DNA from: Candidatus Acidiferrales bacterium
Lineage (GTDB): Bacteria > Acidobacteriota > Terriglobia > Acidiferrales > UBA7541
Assembly: GCA_035280405.1 (NCBI GenBank)
Contig: DATEFX010000048.1
Coordinates: 13,279-77,278 of the forward strand
Direction of reading: 5' to 3'
Length of the DNA: 64,000 bases
A program made the position numbers and the translations under genes. Positions within the stretch are counted from its first letter, which is position 1, and the number at the start of each line of letters is the position of its first letter. Shown in pieces: positions 63,424-64,000 of the stretch. The notes below the pieces were generated by a model. The model was not told where the DNA came from, did not search any database, and saw nothing but the letters and a program-made list of their open reading frames with translations.

Positions 63424-64000
63424 CCCAATCGACTACGTGGTGATGCTTCTCAGCCTTCTTGCTGAGGTGTACGTGGTTTTGTGTCTCTGTGCAGCGAAAA
63501 ACTCCCTCCGCTATTTCTCCTTGAATATCTACATGCTGGCTGCCGCGCTTGTAACCATCAGCGGCCTCGTGATCATGCGGAGCTTCGGATTCACTTCGCA
63601 CCTGTATAATTATTTTTATTATTATTCTGACGCGCTTCTCACTATCGCTCTCTTCTTTGTGATCATGGGTTTTTACCAACAAGTGTTCCACCAAATGGGC
63701 GTCGGCAAGTACGTTCGTGGCGCGTCGATTCTCCTGCTTTCAGTTACTGCATTGTTTTCATATCTGGTCGTGCGCCAGAATACGAACCATCTGACTAGCC
63801 GATTCGTTGTCGAGATGGGACAAAACCTGTATTTCGTTGGAGTCGTGCTCACCTACCTACTGTGGGGCGCGATCCTGAAGCTCAGAGAGACACGAACGAG
63901 ATTGGTGCAGCTCGTATTGGCCTTGGGGATCTTCTTCAGCGCGGATGCGGCGACTTACGCCCTGCGGAATCTCTTCCCTACATTCCAAGGTGAGTTTTTG
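63424..64000 (+). CDS. Polytopic membrane protein, 5' part (runs past window end)
   Basis: GTG/ATG start then MLLSLLAEVYVVLCLCAA...; continuous hydrophobic reading frame to the window end; AT-richer than flanking genes. Confidence 0.55.

Overview
High-GC bacterial chromosomal window. From gene content and codon usage it looks Acidobacteria-like; this is inference, no search was run. It is mostly conserved housekeeping. The core genes are a ribosome cluster rplU-rpmA-obg-nadD-rsfS-[sigma54 activator]-rlmH, cobO, accD-folC, msrPQ, lon, cca, a PP2C phosphatase, dinB, and prmC-prfA. There is also queG, a translationally coupled otsB-ORF-treT trehalose operon, and an MBL-rhodanese persulfide dioxygenase with a TPR partner. 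Larger single genes include a Tes-like radical SAM protein, a 1285-aa TonB-dependent receptor, a BNR/sortilin-like protein, a flotillin-like protein and a Rieske oxygenase. No rRNA, tRNA, CRISPR array, integrase or transposase was seen. Six things are not explained by ordinary annotation. (1) An AT-richer islet (~5.1-8.5 kb) carries a 781-aa membrane-anchored pentapeptide-repeat protein plus a brnT/brnA toxin-antitoxin pair, wedged against the rplU promoter. (2) A ~110-bp MITE-like element with 8-bp terminal inverted repeats and an internal 16-bp direct repeat is present in two inverted copies 53 kb apart. (3) A ~70-nt GC-rich element with an invariant 19-mer is present in two copies, each downstream of a pair of direct repeats spaced ~70 bp; all copies sit in 5' regions of genes. 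(4) A 524-aa tandem ThyX-domain protein whose two halves retain complementary parts of the active-site motifs, coupled to a membrane protein. (5) A small secreted peptide with a duplicated proline-rich decapeptide, with palindromes and a hairpin occluding its ribosome-binding site. (6) A sensor-less sigma54 enhancer-binding protein inserted between rsfS and rlmH. All coordinates are from manual reading and may be off by 1-3 nt.
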